This document shows, in pieces, positions 11,160 to 21,299 of a DNA stretch of 64,000 nt. The stretch comes from Candidatus Saliniplasma sp. (GTDB lineage Archaea > Thermoplasmatota > Thermoplasmata > Halarchaeoplasmatales > Halarchaeoplasmataceae). Position numbers and translations under genes: made by a program. Each line of letters opens with the position of its first letter. The stretch's first letter is position 1. The notes below the pieces were generated by a model, which did not search any database, was not told the DNA's origin, and saw only the letters and a program-made list of their open reading frames with translations. The stretch lies in contig JBMCUO010000001.1 of NCBI GenBank assembly GCA_048622455.1, positions 2,437-66,436 of the forward strand. The letters run 5' to 3'.

Positions 11160-11279
11160 GGTCTTTTACTCTCAACATATGCTATTAAAACATATAAGAC
11201 TTATAATTTTTCATCAAATAACGATTTTGGGACAAAAGATGTATATGTAAACGGTATATGATGCCAGTAGGAGATATAC

Positions 11280-12668
11280 ATGAACCTCAACAGCATGTTC
11301 GAACCAGAAAGTGTAGCGGTGATAGGGGCTTCCAATAAAGAGGGGAAGGTCGGAAACGCAATAATGAAATCTATGAAAAGAAAATATAAAGGAGATGTTT
11401 ACCCTATCAATCTCAATGAAAGTAAGGTATTGGGATTAGAGGCATATGAGTCTGTAATGAAAGTAGAGGGTAATATCGACCTGGCTATGATAGCAATACC
11501 TGCTGAATTCGTACCCCAGGCTGTTAGGAAGTGTGGTGAAAAGGGTATCGAAAACGTTATCATCGTGACTGCTGGTTTCAGAGAAGCCGGTCGGGTAGAA
11601 CTTGAAGAGGAAGTCGTAGAGATAGCTAAGGAACATGGAGTTAGATTCATCGGTCCTAACTGTTTGGGCATCTACAATTCTAAAAATGATCTCGATACGA
11701 TCTTTAATCCACCTGAAAGACAAGCGCGTCCAAAAAAAGGTTCGGTCGCATTTTTATCCCAGAGTGGTGCGTTTGGAGCGGCTATGCTAGATTGGTTCTC
11801 GGAGAGCGATATAGGTATCAGTAAGTTCGTGAGCTACGGGAATAGAGCGGGTCTAGATGAAGCTGATTTTATTGAATATCTAAACGAAGATGAGGAAACC
11901 AATGTTATAACATATTATATCGAAGGACTCAAGGACGGAAGGAAGTTCATGAAAGCCGCTGAGAAGTGCAGTAAGCCCATAGTTGCTTTGAAATCCGGAC
12001 GTACTAGTGCGGGTTCAAACGCTGCAGCGTCCCATACAGCATCCCTAGCAGGAAACGATGAGGTGTATGATGCCGCCTTCGACCAGTCAGGAATATTGCG
12101 GGTTAAAACTGTTAGAGAGATGGTCGTCGTACTGAGGACTCTAACAACACAACCCCCTGCAAAAGGAAATAAGATAGCCATAGTTACCAACGGAGGAGGA
12201 GTCGGCGTGATGTGTGCTGACTCTCTGGCTTGGAACGACCTTGAATTGACTGACTTTACTAAAAAAACATGTGACCGATTCAAAAAGGCGGTAGAAGAAG
12301 GGATTATCCCCGAGCATTCATCCCTTAACAATCCCATAGATATCGTGGGAGACGCGCCCTCAGAGAGATATGAAGCAGCTATGGAGATCGTCCTTGAAGA
12401 TGAAAACGTAGACGCTCTTATCGTGGCATTCCTTTTCCAATCTCCGGCTATCGAGGAGGACATAGTTTCGAAAACTGCAGGGATGAAAAAGTACGGCAAA
12501 CCCATCGTTGCAATCGCCCCGGGTGGTGAGTACACCCATAAGATGGGAAAAAAGATCGAAGACCAGGGCATACCAGTATATGAAACTCCTGAGGAAGGAG
12601 TTGAAGCGATCAGGGGGGTAGTAGAATTTGGAGACATATCAATTTCTAAAAATGGTACATGTGAATGA
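11280..12668 (+). CDS. acdA: Acetate--CoA ligase (ADP-forming) alpha subunit
   Basis: VAVIGAS CoA-binding domain, GPNCLG, SQSGA, SHT phospho-His motif, NPIDIVGDA; no ATP-grasp beta domain. Confidence 0.85.
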   Translation: MNLNSMFEPESVAVIGASNKEGKVGNAIMKSMKRKYKGDVYPINLNESKVLGLEAYESVMKVEGNIDLAMIAIPAEFVPQAVRKCGEKGIENVIIVTAGFREAGRVELEEEVVEIAKEHGVRFIGPNCLGIYNSKNDLDTIFNPPERQARPKKGSVAFLSQSGAFGAAMLDWFSESDIGISKFVSYGNRAGLDEADFIEYLNEDEETNVITYYIEGLKDGRKFMKAAEKCSKPIVALKSGRTSAGSNAAASHTASLAGNDEVYDAAFDQSGILRVKTVREMVVVLRTLTTQPPAKGNKIAIVTNGGGVGVMCADSLAWNDLELTDFTKKTCDRFKKAVEEGIIPEHSSLNNPIDIVGDAPSERYEAAMEIVLEDENVDALIVAFLFQSPAIEEDIVSKTAGMKKYGKPIVAIAPGGEYTHKMGKKIEDQGIPVYETPEEGVEAIRGVVEFGDISISKNGTCE

Positions 12669-13292
12669 TCATACACCTTTTTTATCGCCCCATATCAATT
12701 TATGGAGCTGAGGTATTACTCTAACATCTAAACCGTCCTCGATTACCCATTCCGCTAAATTCTTTAGATCCACACCGTGAACCGGCTGGAAAACGATCTC
12801 TGACTGGGGTTTTAATCTATCTATTGTATTTTTTGCGAAAATGTAGTCCTGACTGTCAGCTATCACGAATTTAAGAACGTCGCTAGGTCTTAAAAATTCA
12901 ATATTTTCTTCCCTCATGTATTCGCACATACCAGAGGAAGGAGTTTTGTAGTCCATTGAGATGTGCAAATCCATTTTTGAGAGATCTTTGATATCTTTAG
13001 AACCGTTGGTTTCTATTGATAAGTCATATTGATTTGTGAGTTCCTCTATTAGGGTGTTGATCTCATCTTGTATCAAAGGTTCACCACCTGTTAAACACAC
13101 TCTTTGAACAGGATAATTGCTTATCTTTTTCATTATCTCATGAGTGGTGTATTCTTCTCCACCTTCCCAAGCGTACTCGGTATCGCACCATTCACATCTC
13201 AGATTGCATCCCGAAGTTCGGATGAATATGGTTGGTAAACCTATCTGTGTACCTTCCCCCTGAAGTGAATAAAATATCTCGACGATCTTCAT
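12669..13292 (-). CDS. queE: 7-carboxy-7-deazaguanine synthase (radical SAM)
   Basis: EIFYSLQGEG, CNLRCEWCDT, TGGEP, PQLHK. Confidence 0.9.
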   Translation of the reverse strand: MKIVEIFYSLQGEGTQIGLPTIFIRTSGCNLRCEWCDTEYAWEGGEEYTTHEIMKKISNYPVQRVCLTGGEPLIQDEINTLIEELTNQYDLSIETNGSKDIKDLSKMDLHISMDYKTPSSGMCEYMREENIEFLRPSDVLKFVIADSQDYIFAKNTIDRLKPQSEIVFQPVHGVDLKNLAEWVIEDGLDVRVIPQLHKLIWGDKKGV

Positions 13293-13375
13293 ATGAACTT
13301 AATTCCGATAACTGATAAATATAATCTTGCTTCCAAAAACCTTATTTTGATATGAGGTTTTTAGATTTTGATAAA

Positions 13376-14497
13376 ATGAAAATAGGATTCGTGATCAACC
13401 CAATAGCAGGGATGGGCGGAAAAGTCGGCTTGAAGGGGACCGATGGAGTCTATGAAAAGGCCATAGAGTTGGGGGCTGAACCAGTCGCCCAAAAAAGGGC
13501 AGAAAAAGCGTTGGAGAAAATGGAGGAGGGGCACGAGTGGTATACGGCAGAAGGTATCATGGGAGAAGATTCGTTGAAAAAATTCTTCATGGAAGATGAT
13601 GTCCGAGTTGTTTACGAATCTATAGATGATGAGATAGGTCACACCAAAGCAAACGACACCCATCGGGCTGTGAGAGAATTTTTAAAAGAAGAGATAGATC
13701 TGATCGTTTTCTGCGGAGGAGACGGTACAGCTAGAGACGTTTTCGAGGAAGTCGGTACAGAAATACCGATATTAGGTATCCCTGCAGGGGTAAAGATGCA
13801 CAGTGGAGTTTTCGGTATAAATCCAGAGGCTAGCGCTCAGCTGTTCAATGATTTCATAGAGGGAGATGCAGATATCGGGACAGTAGAGATAATGGATCTA
13901 GATGAAGACAGATACAGAGAGGGGAATTGGGAGATCAAACTCCACGGAGAAGCACGGAGTATCTACGAGCCGCACTATATCCAGTTGGGTAAGCAAAGCT
14001 ACCGCTCGGTAGCGGAAGACGAGATGAAATACGATATAGCGAGCTACATCATAGAGGAGATGGAGTATTACCCAGACCATATATTTGTATTGGGTCCGGG
14101 ATCAACCACCGCTGAGATCCAGAAGATCTTAGATATAGATCATACTATATTAGGTGTAGATATATTAAAGAATAAAGAAATAGTCCAACTTGATGTGGCG
14201 GAGAAGGATATATTAAAAGCATCTGAAGATGTTGCTGGTATCAAGATAGTTGTTTCCATGATCGGTAATCAGGGTTTCTTCCTGGGACGTGGTAACCAGC
14301 AGATTAGTCCCGAAGTAGTGAAAAAGGCTGGACTGAACAATATCTATATCTTATCGACTCCTACTAAATTAAAGAAGACACCTTACCTTAGGGCGGACAC
14401 GGGTGATGATGAACTGGATAAAATGATCAGAGAAAAAGGGTACATGAAAGTCGTAAGAGCTTTCAGGGAGTACAGGCTCGTTAAAGTTCAAGTCTGA
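13376..14497 (+). CDS. ATP-NAD kinase family protein (COG3199-like)
   Basis: NPIAGMGG.VGLKGTDG, GGDGTARD, PAGVKMHSGVF, GRGNQQ; start trimmed to MKIGF. Confidence 0.8.
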   Translation: MKIGFVINPIAGMGGKVGLKGTDGVYEKAIELGAEPVAQKRAEKALEKMEEGHEWYTAEGIMGEDSLKKFFMEDDVRVVYESIDDEIGHTKANDTHRAVREFLKEEIDLIVFCGGDGTARDVFEEVGTEIPILGIPAGVKMHSGVFGINPEASAQLFNDFIEGDADIGTVEIMDLDEDRYREGNWEIKLHGEARSIYEPHYIQLGKQSYRSVAEDEMKYDIASYIIEEMEYYPDHIFVLGPGSTTAEIQKILDIDHTILGVDILKNKEIVQLDVAEKDILKASEDVAGIKIVVSMIGNQGFFLGRGNQQISPEVVKKAGLNNIYILSTPTKLKKTPYLRADTGDDELDKMIREKGYMKVVRAFREYRLVKVQV

Positions 14498-14509
14498 CTT
14501 ACCGATTTG

Positions 14510-15745
14510 TCACCTTTTCTTCTTACTTATCGGAAGAATTATCCCAACGATAACCAGAGCTACTGCACCGAACAGGAATGCAAAAGCTATCCCTTTTGTA
14601 TCTGCTAGGTAACCGAGGATGGGTGCTATTATCATACCCACAACCGACCTCAGTAAGTTCTGACCGCTGAATAACGTAGCTCTAGTTTGAGAGTCCATCC
14701 GATCTCCGACGTATCCGATCACCATGGGTTTTCTCAAATTGTAAAGTGTATAGAAAAAGAAAAAAGCGATTATAGACACTTCTATCAGATTCCAATGAAG
14801 TGAAACGGCGACTATCAAAAATAAAGAGGCCATTATGAAATAAAGTATGTCTAGGGCTTTGCTCATATCCCCTATCTTCTCCATGAAGCTTGCAGATTTA
14901 ATCGAAGAAGCAAAGCTGTTGATATATACGAAGAAATAGACGAACCCTACAAGTATCGCGGTCCTCTGCTGTTCATACTCGATAAACATCAGCAATGGAA
15001 GAGTGATCGCTAGAGATTCTATTATAGGTGAAAGGTAGTCTTTAGATATCTTGAAAAAGGAGTCGTAAACCGAGGCGTTGACCAACATCTTCCCAAGACC
15101 TGAATGCTTGTAAAGCTGTTTGAAACTGTTCTTCAGGTGATTCCATGTAGACACGATACTAGCACCTTCTGGTTCTCCGTCGAGTTCTTTTGGATATGTG
15201 AGCATCAGCATGAAAGCTAAAGTATATGGGATCAACGTAGCTAAGAAGATAACATTATAGTTCCCTACAAGATATACGATAGCACCAGCGATGACAGCAG
15301 ATAAAGCTGACCCGAGCCTCGAGGCAGCCCTGGTCTTCCCGTAATACCGCACCCTCTGGTCTTCCATACCCTCATTATCTAGATACTGCATTATCATAGA
15401 TTTGTGTGTACCGTGCCTCAGGGTTTCTCCCATTGCGAACAGGAACATGGCCGGGATGAATATCAAGATAGTTGAGTAGTAATAAAAGGCCGTGAAGGAA
15501 ACCATGTAACAGAAAAACGCTGTAGCCATGGCTCTTCGTCTTCCTGTGAGATCAGCTACCACACCCGTTGGCAGTTCTAGAACTATCGTTGATATCTCTC
15601 TTATCGAGATCAATATACCGATCTCAGTAAAGCTGAGACCATTTGCTAAGAAGAAAAGGTACAAGAAGGGTTCGAAGAACTTAAGATTCTTTAAGAACCC
15701 GTATGAAGAGAATCTAAGAAGCATGACCTTTTTAGCGTCCCACAT
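14510..15745 (-). CDS. MFS transporter
   Basis: About 12 TM helices; ELPTGVVADLTGRR motif A. Confidence 0.85.
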   Translation of the reverse strand: MWDAKKVMLLRFSSYGFLKNLKFFEPFLYLFFLANGLSFTEIGILISIREISTIVLELPTGVVADLTGRRRAMATAFFCYMVSFTAFYYYSTILIFIPAMFLFAMGETLRHGTHKSMIMQYLDNEGMEDQRVRYYGKTRAASRLGSALSAVIAGAIVYLVGNYNVIFLATLIPYTLAFMLMLTYPKELDGEPEGASIVSTWNHLKNSFKQLYKHSGLGKMLVNASVYDSFFKISKDYLSPIIESLAITLPLLMFIEYEQQRTAILVGFVYFFVYINSFASSIKSASFMEKIGDMSKALDILYFIMASLFLIVAVSLHWNLIEVSIIAFFFFYTLYNLRKPMVIGYVGDRMDSQTRATLFSGQNLLRSVVGMIIAPILGYLADTKGIAFAFLFGAVALVIVGIILPISKKKR

Positions 15746-15814
15746 CGATCGGGATAATATATCTAAAATAAATAAATGTGTTGATTAAAACTCAACGTGG
15801 GATGTTGATGGTTT

Positions 15815-16507
15815 TCACTTCCTAAACCTATAAATTATGTTATTTTCTAAAAAAATTCCGATTCGATTTACGGGCTTCTTTATAAACGGGTACTGAAATA
15901 GTGTAGGGACTAAAACCACTATAGCTGCTGCAAGTAAGTACCCGGCTATGATATCTGTGATATAATGAAAACCTACGAAAACCCTAGAGTAGGCAGTGAT
16001 AACTGAAGCTGTGGAAAATAAAATGAGGTAAGGCCAATGATGCTCTATTTCTTTGTAAGAACAGTATAATACATAAATACCGATGAAAACCGTGAAAGAC
16101 ATGGTAGCATGACCACTTGGGTAAGCGAAGCTAGACCTATAAAATAAAAAATAGCTTGGTCTTGTCCTGCCTATCAACAATTTCAATGAAGAGTAAGTGA
16201 TTAATGATGCTGCTACCATGGATAGATATGTTATCATTTTATGGTAAGATCTTTCTCTGATGAAAAATATTATTCCAGTTGCGAAGGTAAGATATATTGG
16301 GATATCAGTATAGTCAAATAATATGGTCATATCCCTAGGGAGCGATTCTGAATAGTTGACCATAAAATGCAATATAGATACATCTACAGAGTTTGTGAAA
16401 CCAAAAGACACAAGGCCGGTCAATATAGAAAATGAAATCATAAATGATAGGGCTAATACAAAATTTCTATATGCATATGATTTAGTAGAAGGACTTTTTT
16501 CCATCAA
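15815..16507 (-). CDS. PAP2-family membrane phosphatase
   Basis: KxxxxRxRP, PSGHA and SRxxxGFHYxxD motifs. Confidence 0.9.
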   Translation of the reverse strand: MMEKSPSTKSYAYRNFVLALSFMISFSILTGLVSFGFTNSVDVSILHFMVNYSESLPRDMTILFDYTDIPIYLTFATGIIFFIRERSYHKMITYLSMVAASLITYSSLKLLIGRTRPSYFLFYRSSFAYPSGHATMSFTVFIGIYVLYCSYKEIEHHWPYLILFSTASVITAYSRVFVGFHYITDIIAGYLLAAAIVVLVPTLFQYPFIKKPVNRIGIFLENNIIYRFRK

Positions 16508-16588
16508 CCGTTCAACATGAATTATTCATTTAAATCTTTACCTTTATTTCTACAGGAACGTTTATAACGATTATTGATATGAAAAACT

Positions 16589-17170
16589 ATGGACATCGTG
16601 TTGAAAGAGATAACAATAGATGATATCGATGAGTACTCTAATATCCCTATAAAATTTGAAGTAGAGAAAATCTTCGATGTGAAACTCATCGATGATGGTT
16701 TAGGTGGCATCGAGTTGGTCGAAAAGAAACTTGATAAAAGTTATATCAAGGATTACGATAAGGATTCTGATTTAAGAAACTTAGAAGATGAATTCGAAAT
16801 AACCAACTGGGGCTTCTTCTTGGCTTCTATAGATGAAAGGCCCGTGGGTGGAGTGATTATAGCTTATGATACGGAGGGCGTCAATATGCTTTCAGGTCGT
16901 GATGATCTAGCTGCCGTTTGGGATATCAGGGTCCGCCCCGAATTTAGAGGAAAAGGGGTCGTTCATAAGTTGTTCCAGAAAGCTGTTCAGTGGGCGAAGG
17001 AAAGACATTGTAAATTGTTAAAAGTGGAAACACAAAACATCAACATACCCGCCTGCAAGTTTTACGTTAAAGAGGGTTGTAGATTGGGTAATATCGATAG
17101 GTATGCATACAGTGAGGAAGAAAATTTATCCCACGAAACTATGTTGATATGGTATCTAGAATTAGAGTAG
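16589..17170 (+). CDS. GNAT acetyltransferase (streptothricin acetyltransferase-like)
   Basis: DIRVRPEFRGKG; ETQNINIPACKFY; ETMLIWYL. Confidence 0.8.
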   Translation: MDIVLKEITIDDIDEYSNIPIKFEVEKIFDVKLIDDGLGGIELVEKKLDKSYIKDYDKDSDLRNLEDEFEITNWGFFLASIDERPVGGVIIAYDTEGVNMLSGRDDLAAVWDIRVRPEFRGKGVVHKLFQKAVQWAKERHCKLLKVETQNINIPACKFYVKEGCRLGNIDRYAYSEEENLSHETMLIWYLELE

Positions 17171-17171
17171 G

Positions 17172-17741
17172 ATGGATATGAAAGATGAATACTTTGTAAT
17201 TTCTGAAGGTGAGAACATAATTCTAAGAGATGGGGTAAGCTCGGATATAGAGCGGTATATCAATTGGTGGGATGAAGGAGAGTGGCAGAAGTACGATGCT
17301 CCCTGGGAGGTAAAAGATAAAGATATGTCTGAAAAGAAAAGAAGGAAATTGTTTAAAGAATTGTACATCAAAAACAAAAGATCCCCAAGGAAAAGAGCCT
17401 TGATATCAACTACGGACGGGACACCCATAGGATGGGTCAACAGATATCAAGATAGGAAGGACCTTGATTTTTGGTATATAGGTATAGATATCTGTGAAGA
17501 TCAATATTTAGGGAAAGGGTTAGGAACGGAGGCGCTCGAACTATGGATCGATTATCTGTTTGAAAATTCCAATATACATAAGATAGCTCTGCGTACCTAT
17601 TCTTTCAATATTAGGATGAAAAGAGTAGCAGAGAAGTTAGGATTTGTAGAAGAGGGTGTCGAGAGGGAGATCAAAAGATGGGAGGGAAGATACATCGACT
17701 TGGTGGATTACGGTCTTTTAAGGAGAGAGTGGAAAGGATAA
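17172..17741 (+). CDS. GNAT acetyltransferase, RimJ/RimL-like
   Basis: YLGKGLGTEAL, NxRMxRVAEKLGFxxEG, YGLLRREW. Confidence 0.85.
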   Translation: MDMKDEYFVISEGENIILRDGVSSDIERYINWWDEGEWQKYDAPWEVKDKDMSEKKRRKLFKELYIKNKRSPRKRALISTTDGTPIGWVNRYQDRKDLDFWYIGIDICEDQYLGKGLGTEALELWIDYLFENSNIHKIALRTYSFNIRMKRVAEKLGFVEEGVEREIKRWEGRYIDLVDYGLLRREWKG

Positions 17742-17779
17742 AGTTAAAAATCGGTGACGATAATGATGAAGTGATATTG

Positions 17780-17998
17780 ATGGCGAACCTCACTGCGATG
17801 CCGGGTTTATTTACAGTTCCATTTACTATTTTTACTATTATGTGTGGCATCGTCGTGTTGACCATAATAGTACTAGTCCTACTCATCGTTCTTCTTAAAG
17901 ATGAAGTGTTCTCAACCACTAAAAAATGTCCCTACTGTATGAAAAGGATCCCAAAAGATGCTGTATGGTGTAAACACTGTAAAAGAGATTTGAGTTAG
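17780..17998 (+). CDS. Small membrane protein with C-terminal zinc ribbon
   Basis: Single TM then CPYC...CKHC; start trimmed to ATG 17780. Confidence 0.65.
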   Translation: MANLTAMPGLFTVPFTIFTIMCGIVVLTIIVLVLLIVLLKDEVFSTTKKCPYCMKRIPKDAVWCKHCKRDLS

Positions 17999-18059
17999 AG
18001 TGTTAAGAAGGTATACACTAATTAACTATGGATTTCGTAGCCGCATCCATCACCTATAC

Positions 18060-18440
18060 CTACAGATCTGGTGGCGGTGGTGGAGTTTTTTGACTAGGAC
18101 TTTGTCTTGACCTAGAAGGTGAACTGCTCTTGAGTTTTACTGCAGTACCGTACGCAAGAATCTCAGCCCCTCCTTTAGTGATCTGGGAGGTCATAAATCT
18201 TACGTTAACGACGGCATCCGCACCCATCCTTTGAGCATCTTGAACCATCCGGCCTATTGCTTCTTCTCTTGCATCGGTCATAAGGTCTGAGTACGCTTTG
18301 AGTTCCCCGCCGAATATATTTCTTATCCCCTGCGTAAAGTCTCTAACGACGTTTTTTGCCCTTACGGTATTCCCTCTTACGAGACCCAGGTTCTCTACTA
18401 TCTCATCACCAGCTATATCTTCAGTGTTATATATTCGCAT
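18060..18440 (-). CDS. YbjQ/UPF0145 family protein
   Basis: GLVRGNTV, GGELKAY, GADAVVNVRF, AYGTAV; Pro-rich tail. Confidence 0.85.
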   Translation of the reverse strand: MRIYNTEDIAGDEIVENLGLVRGNTVRAKNVVRDFTQGIRNIFGGELKAYSDLMTDAREEAIGRMVQDAQRMGADAVVNVRFMTSQITKGGAEILAYGTAVKLKSSSPSRSRQSPSQKTPPPPPDL

Positions 18441-18557
18441 ATGTAAAAATAATGATTGAGATTATTTAAAGTTTAGTCTTTTTAATAACTCAAATTCTGA
18501 GAGACATTAAGTATATAAAAACGGAGAAGTATCATATCTAAAAATCGAGGTATATCT

Positions 18558-19661
18558 ATGAAAGACGCAACGATAAAGGAATTGGTAGAACGGCATGAAA
18601 AGTTAAGAAAAAATGGTATCAATCTTGTCGCCTCCGAGAACCGGGTTTCTGATGACGTGAAGAATGCATTATCATCGGACTTAGTAGGGAGATATCACTC
18701 GGATTATTATGGAGGGACAGAACCCGCTAGAGATATCTTGGATAGAACTGAAGGGTTAGCAAAGAAATTGTTCGGTGTGAAACACGCCTTGATAAAACTC
18801 CTATCGGGTAATTTATGTGACCTCAACGTTCTATTTTCCTTCACCGACCCGGGAGATCAGATAGCCATGATGGATTATGTGAACGGGGGGTACCCATTAG
18901 GTCTGGAAAAGTTCGATAGGAAAAGAGTGTCTCTTCCAGTTAAAAAGGGAACTTATGAGATCGACGTTGAGGAGGCAGGAAAAGTATATAGAAAAAATGA
19001 TGTGAAACTGACTATATTAGGCTCTTCTTACATACCCTTCCCACACCCTGTGAAAGAGATAAAAGGATTTGCTGAAAAGCACTGTGAAGAACATGTTTTA
19101 GTGTTCGATGGATCCCACGTTCTAGGCCTTATCGCTACCGGTGCCTTTCAGGACCCTATCGGAGAAGGGGCAGACGTTTTGATAGGGAGTACCCATAAAT
19201 CGTTTTACGGGCCCCAGGGTGGGATCATATTGACAGATTCTGACGAGTACGTTGAAATTATGCGTAGATACATAGAGATCGACCTGGAAACGGGGATAGG
19301 TCTCATAGATAATCCCCACGCCAACAGGATAGCTGCACTTGGTGCTGCTGTAGAAGAGATGTTGAAAGATCACGGATATGGTGAACGGATTGTCGAGAAC
19401 GCTAAAGAACTGGCTGGAGCGTTAGAGGAATCGGGAGTCCCCATGAGATTTTCTCAGAAAGGATACACAGAGTCGCACCAGATTTTCTTGGATATGGATG
19501 AACAAGAGACTATGAAGTTCTGCAAGAGATTAGAAAAGGAGAATATATTCATAGATATATCTGGAAGGATCGGTTTAGCTGAAGTCACACATATAGGACT
19601 CGAACCAAAAGATATGCATCCGATAGCTGAGAAAATATCAGATATTTATAAAAAGATTTAA
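18558..19661 (+). CDS. Serine hydroxymethyltransferase-like PLP enzyme (short, divergent)
   Basis: NLVASEN, YYGG, DGSHVLGLIA, STHKSFYGPQGG (PLP Lys). Confidence 0.75.
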   Translation: MKDATIKELVERHEKLRKNGINLVASENRVSDDVKNALSSDLVGRYHSDYYGGTEPARDILDRTEGLAKKLFGVKHALIKLLSGNLCDLNVLFSFTDPGDQIAMMDYVNGGYPLGLEKFDRKRVSLPVKKGTYEIDVEEAGKVYRKNDVKLTILGSSYIPFPHPVKEIKGFAEKHCEEHVLVFDGSHVLGLIATGAFQDPIGEGADVLIGSTHKSFYGPQGGIILTDSDEYVEIMRRYIEIDLETGIGLIDNPHANRIAALGAAVEEMLKDHGYGERIVENAKELAGALEESGVPMRFSQKGYTESHQIFLDMDEQETMKFCKRLEKENIFIDISGRIGLAEVTHIGLEPKDMHPIAEKISDIYKKI

Positions 19662-19696
19662 TATGAGAGAACTATACGGATTTGCAGGTATATAAT

Positions 19697-20971
19697 ATGG
19701 ATAAAAACGCAGCTATTCCGGAAGATGTAGACTCAGTGGCTTTGAAGTTCCTCGACTTGCAGGGTAGGATCAGGGAAATTCGTATAATACCAGACATGCT
19801 GGACATCATCCTTGAAGATGGTATGAGCTTTGACTCATCTAATGTGGGTTTTACAGACGTTTCAGAAAGCGACATGGTCGCTGTTCCCGATCCGGAAAGC
19901 TGTAGGATTTTAGAACTAGATAATGAGAAGATAGCTGTTTTTATATGTGAAATGCACTGGCCTGATGGAAAACTGTTCAAAGGTGATCCTCGGAATCTAT
20001 TGAGAACAACATTAAATGAATTGAAAGAGCAGGGGATCGATGTAAGAGTAAAGCCAGAATATGAATTTCACCTTTTGGATAAAGAAACTATAAAACCTAT
20101 AGATTCAGGCAGATATATCGACGGTAGGAGCGAATTTACTGAGATCGTAGGTAGATTGACAAGATTGGTAAGCAAGTTGGACATGAGAGTCGAGAAGATA
20201 CATCATGAGGCAGGTGCTGGTCAGTACGAAATTGAACCTATGCCTTATGATGATACCTTAAAGGCCGCCGACGATTTTATTTTCGTAAAAGATCTAGTGA
20301 AAAGAGAGGCTGAGAAACTCGGAGCTATCGCTACTTTCATGCCTAAACCGGTCATGGGCGACGCTGGTAACGGTATGCACGTTCATCTATCTCTTATCAA
20401 AGACGGGGAGTATCTTTTTTCTCCTGAAGAATTGAACTCAGAGGCGAAAGGTTTTGTGGGTGGTTTACTTGAACATGCTAAAGCACTTTCAGCCGTCTGC
20501 TCCCCTACGGTGAATTCTTATAGAAGACTGATACCCGGTTACGAAGCCCCGGTCTATATCTCGTGGGGCGGAGAAAACAGAAGTGTTCTTGTCAGGATAC
20601 CAGCTTATGGAAACAAGGAGGAATCAAAAGGCCGGGTAGAGTTCAGAGCCGGAGACGCTACAGCCAATATATACCTGATGTTGAATTCATTGATAAAAAC
20701 TGGCATGGATGGTATGGAAAGAGGTTTGGATCCAGGAGAGGAGTTAAAAGAGGATCTTTTCGAACTCGACATGGATGAGATCTGTGAAAGGGATATCAAA
20801 CTGCTGCCAGAAAGTCTCGAAGAAGCCCTTGACGAGCTGGAAAGGGATGAGGTAGTATCCGATTCGCTTGAAGAATCGTACGAACACTATCTAAGGTTGA
20901 AGAGAGAGGAGAGTCGTGACTTTAAAAGGACTGTAACGGATTGGGAATTAAATACATATTTGGAGTTCTAA
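19697..20971 (+). CDS. glnA: Glutamine synthetase type I family
   Basis: ESDM, EYEF, HHE...GQYEI, ATFMPKP...GNGMHVH, PGYEAP, NRS...RIP, RVEFR. Confidence 0.8.
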   Translation: MDKNAAIPEDVDSVALKFLDLQGRIREIRIIPDMLDIILEDGMSFDSSNVGFTDVSESDMVAVPDPESCRILELDNEKIAVFICEMHWPDGKLFKGDPRNLLRTTLNELKEQGIDVRVKPEYEFHLLDKETIKPIDSGRYIDGRSEFTEIVGRLTRLVSKLDMRVEKIHHEAGAGQYEIEPMPYDDTLKAADDFIFVKDLVKREAEKLGAIATFMPKPVMGDAGNGMHVHLSLIKDGEYLFSPEELNSEAKGFVGGLLEHAKALSAVCSPTVNSYRRLIPGYEAPVYISWGGENRSVLVRIPAYGNKEESKGRVEFRAGDATANIYLMLNSLIKTGMDGMERGLDPGEELKEDLFELDMDEICERDIKLLPESLEEALDELERDEVVSDSLEESYEHYLRLKREESRDFKRTVTDWELNTYLEF

Positions 20972-21011
20972 CGACCCTAAAATTAATATTCTTAGTTTAC
21001 ATCGTTATACT

Positions 21012-21299
21012 ATGGTGGAAACTATTAAAGTTGAGGGGGAAAAGGATGAACACGATGTAAAGATATACACGTTGAGTACCTGTGGGTGGTGTAAAAAAAC
21101 TAAGAAATTTTTGAAGGAACATGGAGTAGAGTACGAATATATCGATATCGATCTATTAGAGGGGGATGAGCGAAAGGAGGTCATGGAAGAGTTCAAAGAG
21201 TACAATCCAAAAAAGAACTGTCCTACTATCGTAGTTGACGAGGGTGAAACAGTCATCGTAGGATACATGGAAGATGAGATAAAGGAAGTGCTGTGTTGA
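21012..21299 (+). CDS. Glutaredoxin-like protein
   Basis: YTLSTCGWC active site; PTIVV cis-Pro motif. Confidence 0.85.
   Translation: MVETIKVEGEKDEHDVKIYTLSTCGWCKKTKKFLKEHGVEYEYIDIDLLEGDERKEVMEEFKEYNPKKNCPTIVVDEGETVIVGYMEDEIKEVLC

Noticed and set aside
11915..12676. 253-aa antisense ORF and similar shadow ORFs (e.g. 47638..48156, 35526..36011, 63604..63957)
   Set aside because: They lie opposite well-supported genes and show no recognisable motifs.
12669..13292. 7-deazaguanine DNA-modification (dpd) system
   Set aside because: queE stands alone with no dpdA-like neighbour; archaeosine precursor synthesis explains it.
16589..17170. Bona fide streptothricin resistance gene
   Set aside because: Only family-level GNAT similarity; substrate cannot be assigned from sequence.
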